Source: Owenia fusiformis
Lineage: Eukaryota
Direction: 5' to 3'
Length of the DNA stretch: 64,000 bases
Assembly (NCBI GenBank): GCA_903813345.2
Contig: CAIIXF020000001.1
Span: 24,924,001-24,988,000 of the forward strand
The notes under the pieces are model-generated. The model did no database searches, was not told the DNA's origin, and was given only the letters and a program-made list of their open reading frames with translations. Position numbers and translations under genes: made by a program. Shown piece after piece: positions 42,401 to 54,768 of this stretch. The stretch's first letter is position 1. Every line of letters starts with the position of its first letter.

Positions 42401-45400
42401 CCAGACCAATATCTACCAGTGAAAACTATATTCCTCTATCAGGTAATATTAGGTCAACTCTTTAAATGTTTTATCACTGAATATCAGACTCTGAATGAGT
42501 CATTCTACAAAGGATGGCGAAATGCAATGAATTATAAAACGCAAAGACAACTATATTTCTAATAGCAAAATGCTTGCACCAAATTAAAAAAAATGTTTAA
42601 ACAACAACTATCACTATATTTGTTAATTTAGCAACCTACAGTATTGGAGACCCTCACATAGAAACATTAGATGGGTTTTACTACACATTTAATGGACTTG
42701 GAGAATACATACTACTAGATACTGACAATGTTATGCTCCAAGGCCGAACTGGGATAGTATCTTTAAGCAATAGTACTAACCATACAGCCACAGTATGGAA
42801 TGCCTTTGCTGCACAAGAAAACTCCTCAGACCAGCTTCAGGTGACCATCAGTGAAGACAAAAAAGGTAATAATAGTATGATGTATGCAATTTACATAGTA
42901 TACTATATGACAATTAATGGCATTTGCAGCCTGCAATCACAATTTGCAGTGTCATAGACAGGATCTTCAATAGCTCAGAAAAAATCTAGTCAAAAGGGAT
43001 GTAAACTCTTATTATGTATGAATGATGTGTCTTCAATAAAATTGCCTTGCCTGATTCATGCCTGGGTATGCCCCTAATTTAGAATGTAGAGCATGATATT
43101 AGACTAGCTTATCATAATTGTTGAGTAAAATTCATATGTTGTTCACCCACAGGTCTGGAAGTGTATGTGGAAGAAGACCTTGTACCCATAGCCAACCTTT
43201 TGAATTCAGTGAATGTAGATGATGGAGTATTCAAGAATTTGTTCTTGCAAATGAATTCTTCAACAACTCTTACTGCTTCCTTTAAATCAGGTAAGTCCAT
43301 ATTAGTTACTAAGAAACACATTACAACTAGTTATTCTGAGTTGCCACATAGATGTGGTTTGTATTTGTATTCAAACATAATCCCATAATGTTCCACATCA
43401 TCAGAAAAGGCTAAAAGGTATTAACATGTGTATATCTTATTCAGGGTTTTCTCTTACTGTGAGTGTCAGCGCAGAGATGCTACATCTCTCTGTTACTTTA
43501 CCAGCTGGTATTCCATCCAAAGGTCTACTTGGTAATGTGAATGGGAACATAACTGATGATCTTACACTCCCAGATGGCGCATTGGTTCCTATAACTGCAA
43601 ATGAGTCAGAGATATTTGAATATGGTCAAGCCTGTAAGTATTTGATAAAAGATTTATTTGAATTAACTTTTTATAATCTATACAATATTTGCCAAATTTG
43701 CACATTTTGGATTACTGTATATTTTCTTGATTACCATTGATTGATGCTGACACTGAAACATGTCTATTCAATTCTGCAGGGCAAGTAACCAACATCACTA
43801 GTATTTTCTGGTACCTTAGTGGTCAATCTATGGACACCTTCTATGACCCAAACTTCAAACCAGCATTCCTATCAGACTTCAGTGATTCAGAGAGGAAACA
43901 AGCAGAACAACTATGTGGCTCCCCTCAGTTGGTAGACTGTATTTATGACTATTTAGTCACGCAAAATGAAATTGTTGCGAATAATACAAAACAGTTACAT
44001 GTGCAGGAAGAAATCATTGAGGAGACCATAGGTATGATTAGATAAAAAATGTGAAAATTAATTGTAACTGCTCCAGATTCACATATATGAATACAATATA
44101 CATTATAAGCACAAATGCCAAAGGGAAGGGTGACTAAAAATTTTAAAGAAACCCAACAAGAAAAGCAAACTGTAAGTGTAAATCTGTCGTAAGAAAAGTA
44201 GACCCTATATATCCCAAAACCATAATCTAACGTGAAAAGAAACAATGTCTAACATCCCCCTCCCCCCTCCAATCGAGAAGATGTTTTAACCAAAAGTCAC
44301 AATAGGAAGGTGTCAATAATATATAAATCTGATTAAGGTAGTATGTCTTGCTTGCAGAAAACTCCTCTCCAACCTTGAGTTTACCGTCTGTAATAAGTGC
44401 AACAGTTGACAAGTTGATTAACTTTACAATCGATGTCAATGACATAGACTCTGACCCTGTTGACATCACATTTGAAACGGATGCATCAGGAGCAGTGTTC
44501 AATACAACCACAAAAAACTTCTTTTGGACACCAAAGGATACTAGCCCTGTATCAATAAGGTATGCTAGATAATATACTTTTATGTACTCACTATAAATCA
44601 TTCTAGTATATTCCTCTCCACCATTTCATTATTCTTACAAAAATGCCTCTTATCGCAGTTTCCAAATGAAAGTAAATTACTATTGATTAATATATGTGTA
44701 TGTGTTTCAGATTCTATGCTACAGACAACAAAGGGGCTAGATCACCCACATATAGAGTGTATGTCCAAATGTGCAATGGTTGTTCCGACCAGGGTCGGTG
44801 TGACTTCATTTTTCTTGAATCAGTAAACCAAACATCTAGCTTCAGTAAAGTAGACTGTGACTGTGACATTGGATGGGAAGGTAAGATCTGTTTTCTCAAT
44901 TAAAACATGTATGAAATAATACATTTCAAAGTTTTGATGAAATCAGTATGCATGAGGCTTTCACAATAATTCTCTGGGTTCACAATAAAACCAGACAGAA
45001 ATGAAATATAGCACTTGTAGATTAAAAATTCTTTTGACAACAGTAACATAACTGGTGGTAATATTGGTTAACATTTTTTAATGGTTTTATATTTTTGCAA
45101 ACAGGAGAATTCTGTAGTGTAGACAGTGATGGATGTGCAAGGGACCCTTGCGATGGTTTGAACTGCACAGATCTCACCCCAGAAGATGAGGCAATTCAGA
45201 GGATTGATTATATATGTGTCTCGTGTCCGGTTGGATTTGTACAGGAAGGTTCTTTCTGTGTAGGTTAGTACATGTAGTAGTACTTGCTTTGTGGCTGTAA
45301 TGTAATGTTTAGTGTTAGCTTATACAGTGTTAGCTTATATAGAAGGAATAAACTTGAATATGTACTGAAATGTATAGATGTAATGTCAGCATATGATGTT

Positions 45401-48400
45401 TGTAGATGTTGATGAGTGTAAGAACAACAGTGGTATATGTGATCAGATTTGCGTCAACAACCAAGGAAGCTACAACTGCCAATGCAACCCAGGCTACAGC
45501 AACAATAACCAAAACAATACATGTCAAGGTACACCATAAAACAGAAAATGTACAATGTACTTATGGACAGAACATAAAGCAAATGAAAATATTGGAACTG
45601 ATTTACCCACAAAACAAAATAATATTTGGGTTTACCTTGTATTCTATGGTATTGATACATCATTTTGTAAATGAAATTATATTTGCATGATTAAATATCA
45701 TTGTGTATGTAATGCATAACATGATTGTTGTTTGTCTGAATGTAATGTTTTCCCCATTACTATTACAGATATAGATGAGTGTTTACTTGGGACATCAGGC
45801 TGTAGCCAGTTGTGCACCAACACTCCTGGTAGCTATTCTTGTGGATGCAGAAATACCTACTACATCAACCCCAATGACACCAGTCAGTGTGTTCTCAATG
45901 AGACTGCACTCAAATGCAACAAATCGTGTGATTTTGGCTGTGAAGTCATTGAGTCAGTTGACACTTGTTTCTGTGGATCAGGCTATGAGCTCAATGCAGA
46001 TAATGTCACCTGTGATGATGTCGATGAATGTAATGCAACCAACTTATGTGAACAAAAATGTATAAACTACCCTGGTGGTTACAACTGTTCCTGCAATGCA
46101 GGATATACCCTAGCAGGAGATGGATATTCATGTTCAGGTAGGATCTTTATAGATAATTTGAATACTATAAAATGCGTGTGAATTTCATCAGTGGGAGGTG
46201 AAGGAAGGATAACCTTGCTGGAAGAGTATGGGATGTTGTCTGTTGGTGTGGCTAGTTTTAATAATTTAGTTAAGATGCTCACATTTTACACTATTATAAT
46301 GCTCTAGCTAGGGGTCTATACTTGTAGTATGGCTATTATGGCATATGGCTATATCAATACACAATGGTATGAATGCATAACAGACAATAGCGATTCATAT
46401 AACAAAACTATAGAAGTACACACATATAGCATCTATAGAATGGAGTGCTGACACTGCATATATATTTCCAATTAACTATTACAGCCTGTGATGCAATACA
46501 TTGGGGATTGGAGTGTAGCAATATATGTTCATGTGGAGATCGAGCACAAAGATGTGACAAAGCTGCAGGATGTGTGGTTTGTCAACCTGGATGGAGAGGG
46601 GAGCAATGTGCAGATAATGTGAATGAGTGTAATGAGACACAAGAAATATGTGGCCAGTTTTCAATATGCTCAGATACACAAGGATCATATATATGCACAT
46701 GTATAGACGGATTCAGCCAAAATGAATCAGGGATATGCATTGGTGAGTCAACACTATTTGGAAGCTAAGTAGACATGATAAAAAGTGAATTTTTGAGAAG
46801 CAATATAATGAACATTGTTAAGAGTATAAAATTGTAAGTTTATTTTTCATTAGACAACAGGACTGGGTGAAAAAAGTCCTCTGCTGTGCTTTAATTTTAG
46901 CCATAACAACACATACAATTTTCCTTTTTCAGGTGTGACATTAAATGTTCTAAATAAGTAAATGCAAAATGTGATTTTAATTCATACATGTTTCAATAAT
47001 ATGTAAACTGTATACTCTCTCTTAAATAGATGTGGATGAGTGCCTTACCCAAGGTTGTGGACCCAACAGTATATGTATAAACATACAAGGCTCCTTGACT
47101 CCTAACTGTAGCTGTAAGGCTGGTTTCTTCAACAACAGCAATGGAATATGTGAGGATATTGATGAGTGCAGCAACCTAACTAATCCCTGCACTGATCCAA
47201 ATGCAAGATGCACTAACAGACCAGGTATATAATTCATAATACTGTATAACAGTACTCTCTAGCTGTAGGTAAATAGGTATACATATATTTGGAATCAGCA
47301 TATTGACACCAAAGTCCATATCATATTAAAACTAACCGTTAGCCCTTAATTCATACAGAAAAATATCTTGTTTGTCTAGTTTTGGCCAAAAACAACTAAT
47401 TTCATACAGTATCATAAGAGACAGATAATGATACTAAATATGTTTCTAATTCAATTGCAGGATCATACCTTTGTACATGTGAAACAGGCTATATTGGAAA
47501 TCAAACTATATGTCAAGACATTGATGAGTGTGCAGAATCTAGCTCATGTCCAATTAATCGTGAATGTGTGAATAAGATTGGCTCTTATGAATGTATTGAG
47601 CCTATTACATCAACAACAACCCCACCATCAACTGAACCTGTGAACACAACTGAAGCTGAGACAACTCCAGCAACAGATGGTAAGTGGATGATATATGGCA
47701 GGACTTGCAGTTTTAAATCATATATGAAATTGATCAACTAAAAAAAAGTTAAATGTAAAACTAAAAATGGCGAATTATAATAGCTGAAAAATCGGGTTCT
47801 TAAAATCATTTAAACATTTAAATTGACGATCTACCCTTCAGGTTCTAGATCATGTGCCCTTAACTTAAAGTAGTACTTGAATGCCAAATGACTTTTTTCT
47901 ACAATTCAGATCTTCTTGAAAAAATCAAGGTGAAAGATATACTGATGTATAACAAATTGTGCGAACATTAGGAAGATTGAACATTTAATTATTTCTGATA
48001 AAATGTTTTAATTTAACATTGCTCTCAATGGGAAATTATTTTTTATCTTTTAAAAAAATGCGCAATTCAGATTTTCTTAAAAATGACTGCGATCATTCAT
48101 TGTTTTATTCAGTTTTGTTTTTTGTCATTGGAGATGTGCCAATTGACTGCACAATACATTGAAGTACAACCTTAACATGGAAAATCAACTCAAGTCTAAG
48201 AGAGTCTAAGAAGTCTAATAAATCTAAGAGCATGGCAAATATTTTTCTTCTATTAATATCCCTGACTTTCCTATTTATAGCTACTGGTAATAAAACAAAG
48301 ACATAATCAACAGATTACAGGATTTCAAAACTACTGAATTACTGAGAGCTGTTTGACATTATTGAATATGATAATTCAAAAAAATTAATACTTTAATGAA

Positions 48401-51400
48401 ATGCTGCAAAAACAGTTTTGGAATCACAAAAGCCATGTCTGACTTTTTAATTCTATATATTGAGGAATGGCTTCAAAAATCAATTCGTTTGGAGATATAT
48501 ATTAATATCAAAAACCAATTCTATAATGTTTTTCAGTTATTTAATAATTATCTTTTGGGCACCACCTTGTCACAGCACAAACAAAAGTTTAGATAACTCT
48601 GAAGTGATTTGCCTCAGAATTATAACTAATTCAAAGTACCTTAAGCTTATATTAATTTCAACTCATTGGTAAAAATGATAGCCTTAAATACATACTACAA
48701 CTATTTAGCTTTTCTTAAAATTTCTTGCTGTTTCAATAAGAAAGGAATACTTCAAATAAATAAATTCAAATCTTGAAAAGTAATATTGTTCAGACATACG
48801 ATAATCTTTTGTAAATGTTATTGTTCATAGGAGTCACACCCTAGAATTAACAGTTTGACCATTATTTGTCTTTGGGAAGTTATACAATTATTCAAACCTT
48901 TGAATTGTTAGAAAATGGATAATCAAATATTGCCAAAGGGACTGATCAAATTGGTAAAGTTTCTACTTCTTTCATTTTAACAATAGCAATGTCAACATAT
49001 TTGACTCAGACTAAATGGAAATTGTATTTGTTCTTTGGGTGGGAGGCTACTGTCGTTCATTCAGAATTTAGATGGCCTTCTTGACATTTGCTCGAGTGAA
49101 ATATCACTTTGTCCAGGAAATAATGCTCAATTATTGAGACTTTGAATTTAGTGTAGTGGATTGACACATGTAACTGAAAATGGAATTTATGAAATGGGTA
49201 CTCACATTAACTATTTATGGTAAGTTTATAAAAAATTGACTAATTATGATAATAATATACATGTAATATGAACAGCAATTTTTATTAATATTACACAGAT
49301 AAAAATACTCATAAAAAACTAATATGAAAAAAAAGAATGAAAAATTATATTGATTTTTATGATTTTTTGTATTTTTAATTTCAGATAAAATTAATAAGCA
49401 TGCTTTTTCTTCAAAAGAGCTATGTTACTTTAATTATTACTATGAGGATGGTTTAGTAAAAAATAATTTATCAATGGGAACAGTCCCAACTTTTAGCCAT
49501 CAACTTACAAACATAGTTCCCTTTATGTCGCTTTTCATGTTTATTCAATGAAATATTTTTTTAAAACATTGGCAAAGAAATAAAATGTTAAAAGGTAATA
49601 TATTATTGACATTTGAATAAGTATTTGTTATATTTATAAGAGGAAATATTTAAAAATTAATGAATAGTGATATACCGCTGCTTTTCCATTATTTTTATAT
49701 TATTTTACATTATTTTCATTAAGTAATCTAAAAAATATTTGAATCAATAATCAAATATTATAAAATATTGAATTTGTGTTTACAGTGAGTACGACAACCA
49801 TTACCCTGACAGATCCATGTAGTGCAGCTCTGCCATGCAAGAATGGAGGCACATGTTACAGGGAAGAAAGCTCTCAGCAATTTACATGCCTCTGTGCTCC
49901 AGGCTTTGGGGGACCTCTTTGTTCAAAAAGTGGGTTCATAATTTTAAACATGTATAAATTAGGATAAATATGCCATATAGTAGTGGTAACTGAAAATATT
50001 TCTAAAATTCATCTAAACATAATTTTCAATTAGGAATGAATATACATAAAAAATACTGGTTTTTTGTTTCACATAGTATATGCATTGTTTTAAGTTAAAC
50101 AGATCCCTTTTACAAATTTAAAGAAAAATATTACATTTAAATGTAGCATAAAAATATGATTTATGATGAAGTTACTTAATTGATATAAAAACCTATTTAA
50201 TTTCATCTTTCAGGCACATTGGAATACCAAACTGTGGCCCCCTTAACCACAACATACACTGCCGACTTGGCAGTGCCTACATCTGAAGCCTATTTAGCAC
50301 TGGCAGCCAAAGTGTGTGCTGAGGTAAGATAACATACATTTATATAGTAAACATCATTCACATCAAATAAATATGATAAATTAAAGAAATAATAACTAGT
50401 AAGTACAGTATTTTTATATGGTACTTGGTGTCATTATGGCTGCTAGTTTGAAAAATGGTCACAGATGATTACTAGTGGGGAATTCAGTCACAAGAGGTTT
50501 GAAATGTACTTTTTATATTGATTGAAAACTACGTATAGTTATAAACATTGGGAAAAAATATGCAAATAAAAAATATCAGTATAAGTGGGCTCCATATACT
50601 TTTCTTTATTTTTCAGGTCGACTCAACATATCAAACTTCCTCATTATCATCAGTCTACCTAAGATGTCAAGTGACTGGCTTCACACCCAGGTCTGTGGTA
50701 GAAAACAACACTGCGGCGAATGCAGCTGAGGTTAAGTACACAATTGTGTTCTCCCAGGAAACAGAAAGGCCAGTGACTGCTCAGGAGGCAAAAGACAGGT
50801 TCACTGCATTAGTGGCAACTTCAGACATACTAGTGAACATATCAAATGGACTCAGTTCAGCAGAGTTAACTACAATACTAGGGAATTCAACAATCTTTGC
50901 TTCATCCACAACTAGTGCATTGATAGTATCAGGTAATTATTGATCATTTCAGAATGTGATCATTTCTTTGGCCCTCTATAGTGCGACAAAGCATACAGCC
51001 ATGCAGATATCAGGAACCGTTAGCATTTCTATGAACATAGCAGGAACTTTAAATATAAGCCAGAAAAATGTGAATTCTAATGATTTATGATTATTTAAAG
51101 CATATGAAAGACTATAATATTTACACTTGACCTACTTATTTGTTCCAGATATTGATGAGTGTGCATCTAGTGAATTGAATGACTGTGATGCTAATGCCAT
51201 ATGTTCCAACAGTGCAGGTAGTTTCACATGTTCATGTAACAGTGGATTCTCAGACATACCTGCCACCAACAGACCAGGAAGAATATGTACAGAACAGTGT
51301 AATGACACTACCTGTTTAAATGATGGGGTCTGCTTAGAAAGACTTGGGAACACGACGGAGTGTATGTAAGTGAAGTCTCAATGTTTTAACAATGCCCTAA

Positions 51401-53115
51401 ATGCCCAATTTTCGATGCAAAAGACCTCCTGAATCAAATAATATCTAACGCAAAGACACCAAATTTTAGTATTACTTCAAGGATCACTTTATACCAAATT
51501 GAATACACTTCATTTTCAACTGCAACAAAACCATGAACACAAAATCAGATAAACACTTTATAAACACCAAATATAATGACTATGGATTAAAAAAAAATTA
51601 TTCATCTGCAGTATTATATCATTTGCAAAAGATATATTGCTTTTATTCTATACTTCCAGATGCAAGGATGGTTTTATTGGTGAAACATGTGCAATTCAAG
51701 TACTAAGTAATGGTAAGAACTTTTTATGTATGTATGTAAAATATGTTAAAATAATTAGTAATAAACCTTATTTTCATTTTTGTTTAAATAGATCTGACCA
51801 GTGTTATAAAATATAGACATTTTGTTTATTGATACAAAATAAGGAAACAATTCAACAAAAAGAAAATGCATACTGAGCGTACTGTCAGTATACTGAGATT
51901 AATCCTTACATTATCAACATGGACCTTTTTATATTTTTCAGGACTTCTTGAGTGGCAGATCATTGTTATAGCAATATCTGGCGGGTTTGCTCTAATCATG
52001 CTAATCCTTGGCTGTACAGTGTGTTGCTCTATGTACTACAAGAGATTCCAACGCAGGAAACAACTCCAGAAACGATACCTGTATCAACGCAATACAGACT
52101 TTAGACAACCAATATTCAATGAGGTTGCATTTGATAATGATGGGTACCTGAGCGAGGCAGGATCATATAAAAATAGGCCTACTCAACCTGCTCTTACTGG
52201 AGAAGTGCCACTAAGTCAGGTTGCTGAAGCTGTAGACCAGTTTAGAGATAGACCCATCTATGTAAGTGCCACATCAATTAGTTTTTTAAATCTTAATTTT
52301 ATTAAAGCAAAGTACCAATACCATTACAAATCATGCACAATGGCATCATTAACATGAGAAAATTTTGTTTTCAGCTGCCCCAACTTATACCAGGTCCAAC
52401 TAGTCGGTCAAGAGGCCTTGAACCATTCATGACACTCGGTTCAAGATATGCCACTACTTCAGATGGAAGGAGTTCATACAGTAGGGGCTCTAGTTTCTTT
52501 GGTAGACCAATCAGCTTGCCAACTGGGCCTTCAAACCTAGTAAGTACTGAATTTTATCGAAAATGAAAATTGAAAAAGTGACAATCAAGTGTGATTGAAT
52601 TCAGATGGCATACAGTGTACATGCACCTTACACACCAAAAAAGAAAAATGAGATTGTACCATCTTTTCTGTCAAGATCATTATTTCAAAATATAATTCCA
52701 TTGGCTGCTAATAACAGTATGCCTATGCATACTTGGCCTGTCATGAAACAATTATTGGTTCTAAGCCACAAAGCTGAGCAAACTATTTCACCATCAAACT
52801 GCTTAAATTATGGGGTCATATTTCACTGTGTACACAGCACCAATCCTTCATAATATTTTCGACATATAAGTATCTGCATAAACAATTAGATATTTATGTT
52901 TCTATAAATGATTTTAACTTTGTTTACAGCAACGCAGCCATAGTGAGGACAATATACAAGAAAGATTTTTCTATGAACAAGAAAGAATATCAGGTGAAGC
53001 TGAAGATGCAATGGGCCCTGGGCCCTCAGGACGTCGGTCTAGTATAGACTATGTGGAACCAACTGAACGAAGCTATCAGATACCACGTCCACAGCTTCAT
53101 GAAGAATATTTCTAA
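1..53115 (+). CDS. Giant MUC4-like transmembrane mucin (Thr-rich repeats-NIDO-AMOP-VWD-EGFs-SEA-like-EGF-TM), 5'-truncated, 27 exons in window, >=10,837 aa
   Basis: Hand-spliced exons, all GT-AG and phase-compatible: <1-3447, 15617-39457, 40239-40372, 40582-40983, 41204-41411, 41565-41818, 42232-42442, 42632-42865, 43153-43290, 43445-43633, 43780-44031, 44358-44559, 44711-44880, 45105-45263, 45406-45528, 45769-46137, 46485-46742, 47030-47224, 47461-47679, 49786-49929, 50214-50323, 50617-50932, 51149-51365, 51660-51712, 51942-52261, 52375-52539, 52930-53115 (TAA). No signal peptide or start codon in window. Confidence 0.9.
3761..8420. mobile_element. Non-autonomous TIR DNA transposon, CAC termini, 5-bp TSD (Transib-like)
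   Basis: TIR CACTGTGGCTAGTCGAT.TATGTGGATGCA (29/30 identical, about 53/63 over the extended TIR); TTTTA directly flanks both ends; no transposase ORF seen. Confidence 0.75.
4892..7624. mobile_element. Foldback-type element with TAG termini and 3-bp TSD (Academ-like), containing ~370-bp tandem repeats; nested in the 3761-8420 element
   Basis: TAGTGCAGTCAGTTAGG...CCTAACTGACTGCACTA ends; TTG on both flanks; about 2 forward units (markers 5243, 5616) and about 4.4 reverse units (6171, 6541, 6908, 7277), with orientation switching near 5825. Confidence 0.8.
8700..9608 (-). mobile_element. Possible degenerate Helentron/HINE-like repeat
   Basis: Minus-strand start AAACAAGCATGTTACCTAT, an inverted TTACCTAT near 8733, and several TTGACCT motifs; boundaries uncertain. 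Confidence 0.25.
12764..13410. mobile_element. MITE-like element with inverted subterminal arrays of ~15-bp (CAACTCAACCCCAAGT-like) repeats
   Basis: About 9 copies at 12764-12904 and about 4 reverse-complement copies at 13347-13408 around an AT-rich core; ends and TSD not resolved. Confidence 0.6.
13897..14443. mobile_element. 547-bp palindromic MITE, CAC termini, 5-bp TSD TAAGT (Transib-like)
   Basis: CACTGGTGATCCACTCGATTACGCTGGTTACC... arms pair over about 260 bp; TAAGT at 13892-13896 and 14444-14448. Confidence 0.85.
14711..15089. mobile_element. ~380-bp palindromic MITE-like element
   Basis: Arms such as AGATCTATTAAAAAGGCGCAAGGCCACTAAAGTGCACAAGT / ACTTGTGCACTTTGGTGGCCTTGCGCCTTTTTTAATAGATCT, centred near 14893; TSD not identified. 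Confidence 0.65.
15617..39457 (+). CDS. Mucin repeat exon B, 23,841 nt (7,947 codons), symmetric phase 1-1
   Basis: Acceptor ttttctgttcttactacAG|CT at 15616/15617 completes the phase-1 codon (G+CT=Ala). Stop-free to donor CAGAATA|GTATGT at 39457/39458. Confidence 0.88.
15760..37650 (+). repeat. Coding tandem array of a 141-bp (47-aa) unit with 282-bp and larger higher-order structure
   Basis: Unit [47 protein letters not shown]; the +1-frame shadow ORFs recur every 282 bp. Confidence 0.95.
40239..41600 (+). CDS. NIDO domain exons of the mucin
   Basis: [10 protein letters not shown]...MPFPFFNK...LSVHGFLSF...IAPFW...GQVYF...VVATWKDV...[11 protein letters not shown]...[11 protein letters not shown]: the characteristic NIDO motif series across exons 40239-40372, 40582-40983, 41204-41411 and the start of exon 41565. 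Confidence 0.88.
41601..42442 (+). CDS. AMOP domain exons of the mucin
   Basis: QQCIEWF...[15 protein letters not shown]...ECCYS...DKLPYSWCC...[13 protein letters not shown] Cys/Trp pattern as in MUC4/SUSD2. Confidence 0.85.
42632..44031 (+). CDS. VWD domain with GDPH motif plus downstream Cys-containing segment
   Basis: [23 protein letters not shown] (GDPH at 42646-42657), [32 protein letters not shown]...DCIYDYLVT. Confidence 0.9.
44358..49929 (+). CDS. Ig/cadherin-like module and ~12 EGF/cbEGF/laminin-EGF modules with a short T/P-rich linker
   Basis: NSSPTL...VNDIDSDPV...FFWTP...FYATDNKGA, followed by repeated D(I/V)DEC...C.N..GSY.C.C..GY motifs; mostly phase-1 exon boundaries typical of EGF exons. 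Confidence 0.88.
47865..48645. mobile_element. Possible old TTAA-flanked TIR element
   Basis: TTAA-AGTAGTACTTGAA ... TTCAAAGTACC-TTAA degenerate inverted ends in the 2.1-kb mucin intron. Confidence 0.25.
50214..50932 (+). CDS. SEA-like domain exons
   Basis: [25 protein letters not shown] (SEA N-terminal Y..DL...S..Y..L pattern) and [12 protein letters not shown] (cf. SEA F.PG/SVV); lies between EGF modules near the membrane. Confidence 0.6.
51149..53115 (+). CDS. Two membrane-proximal EGF modules, transmembrane helix and cytoplasmic tail
   Basis: [14 protein letters not shown]... and [12 protein letters not shown]...[10 protein letters not shown]; hydrophobic [23 protein letters not shown] (~51959-52027) followed by basic KRFQRRK; ends [13 protein letters not shown] (TAA 53113-53115). 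Confidence 0.88.
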
Positions 53116-53799
53116 AACCAACAACATGACCAGCATGAGTAATAAATTGTTGCTCAGTCTACTGAGTCAATAATATTACTATGTGCCACATTTGCTCAAC
53201 ACAGACTTATGTCAACATAGACAACTATTGCAGTATTTGAAAAGTAGTGAGATTAAATGATGCAAAATGAGATTAGGAAATAAGTTCACAAATGACATAA
53301 CATGAAATGTTCATGAAACAATGTGTTTAAATAGCAATAGCTCACCATGTGAGCTAAAATAATTACATTAATTCAAAAATGGCTTGACGCGGCTGTTATG
53401 AAAATATTATACTCAGGAGATGTGCTACACAAATAGTGTGAATAAAGCACACATACACATTATTCACTAAGCGGCAATAATATAAGCACTTGAGTCACAT
53501 GCACGAACAAGAATAAATGTTATCCTAGAATAGTATATTAATAGATTAGATTTTGAACAGGGGATGTGCTTGTTGAATCTGTCATTCAACAATAAAACAT
53601 GGTGCATGAAAAAATGGGGACTTCCTTTGCCAAGGTTGATCACAATTTTTGAGATGCCATAAAAATAATATTTAAGCTAATATAATTTATTGTTAGTGGT
53701 ATGCAAGATAACCTGATGAATCAAAATATACCAGTGCAATATCATGGTTATAGTGTAGTTATTAAAAATATATTGATATAAACAATATATGATAATTAA

Positions 53800-54056
53800 C
53801 ATATATATGATTGTTTTAGGCATAAATATGCCAGTTGTCATATATTATGTAAATTATTTAGTTGTTAAATAAACATGTTTATATCTACAGTACAATATAT
53901 GATGACTAACCTATATAGGACTGCTGTAGGCATAGATGTGCAAGTTGTCATATATTCAGTAAATTTTTTACTTGTTATGAACATCTTTATATCTATATAT
54001 TATCATTACCATATATATGATTGTTGTAGGCATAAATGTGGTAGTGGTCATATATG
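53800..54056 (+). repeat. Degenerate ~105-bp tandem repeat (about 2.5 copies) in the probable mucin 3' UTR
   Basis: CATATATATGATTGTT.TAGGCATAAATRTG...GTTGTCATATAT recurs at about 53801, 53910 and 54010. Confidence 0.6.
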
Positions 54057-54739
54057 ATCAAAATTTGAATTTATTGTTGGTTGGCCTAAAATTTTAAAAA
54101 TTCCAAATTAATGTAAATGAATGAAAACGACATTTTATTGCATAATTTGAATATCATAAAACCCCCTTGTCCATGATAAAGCCCTTTTCGTATTTTCGAA
54201 TTTTCTTAGCACTGCAACTGGCATTTGGTCATATTGGATGAACAAGTCACCTTTTGGATGTGTTTAAGAAAAATCTTGCTTGAAGTTCCAAGAGGGTTTT
54301 ATGTTCAATTAAAATTCTTGTTGTTCATCTCAATCATGGAACATTCAAGAAAAAAGCAATGTTTTGATATTTTGCAATTTTTATTTGTATCTATTTATTT
54401 TTAATGCTTGTGGGATTAATTGGTTTAATGTTAATCCAATGAGCAATCTGAGAACATAATGTAAATAAATGCGAATGTAAATTATATTATTTTGCTCTGC
54501 AGATATAATGTTGTACAAATGTAATAAATAGTGAAAACTGCTGATACAATGTCTTCCTACACTGACACCCTGTAAATGTACTAATTGAACATTATCATAA
54601 AATGTATTGTAATATATAAAATTGAGAGCCACAATATTTTCAATGAGTATCATTTTTAAGAACAATGTAAACATATGTATATTAACTGTATAAATGTAAA
54701 ACATACACATTTTGTAAACTGTATATTAAACGGAATACT

Positions 54740-54768
54740 AATAAATAACAATTAGGATAACAAATTAA
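54740..54768 (+). terminator. Candidate mucin polyadenylation signal
   Basis: AATAAA at 54740 and ATTAAA at 54763, followed by a TGTCTTGTCTCTTTC downstream element; several other AATAAA sites lie upstream (e.g. 53141). Confidence 0.3.
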
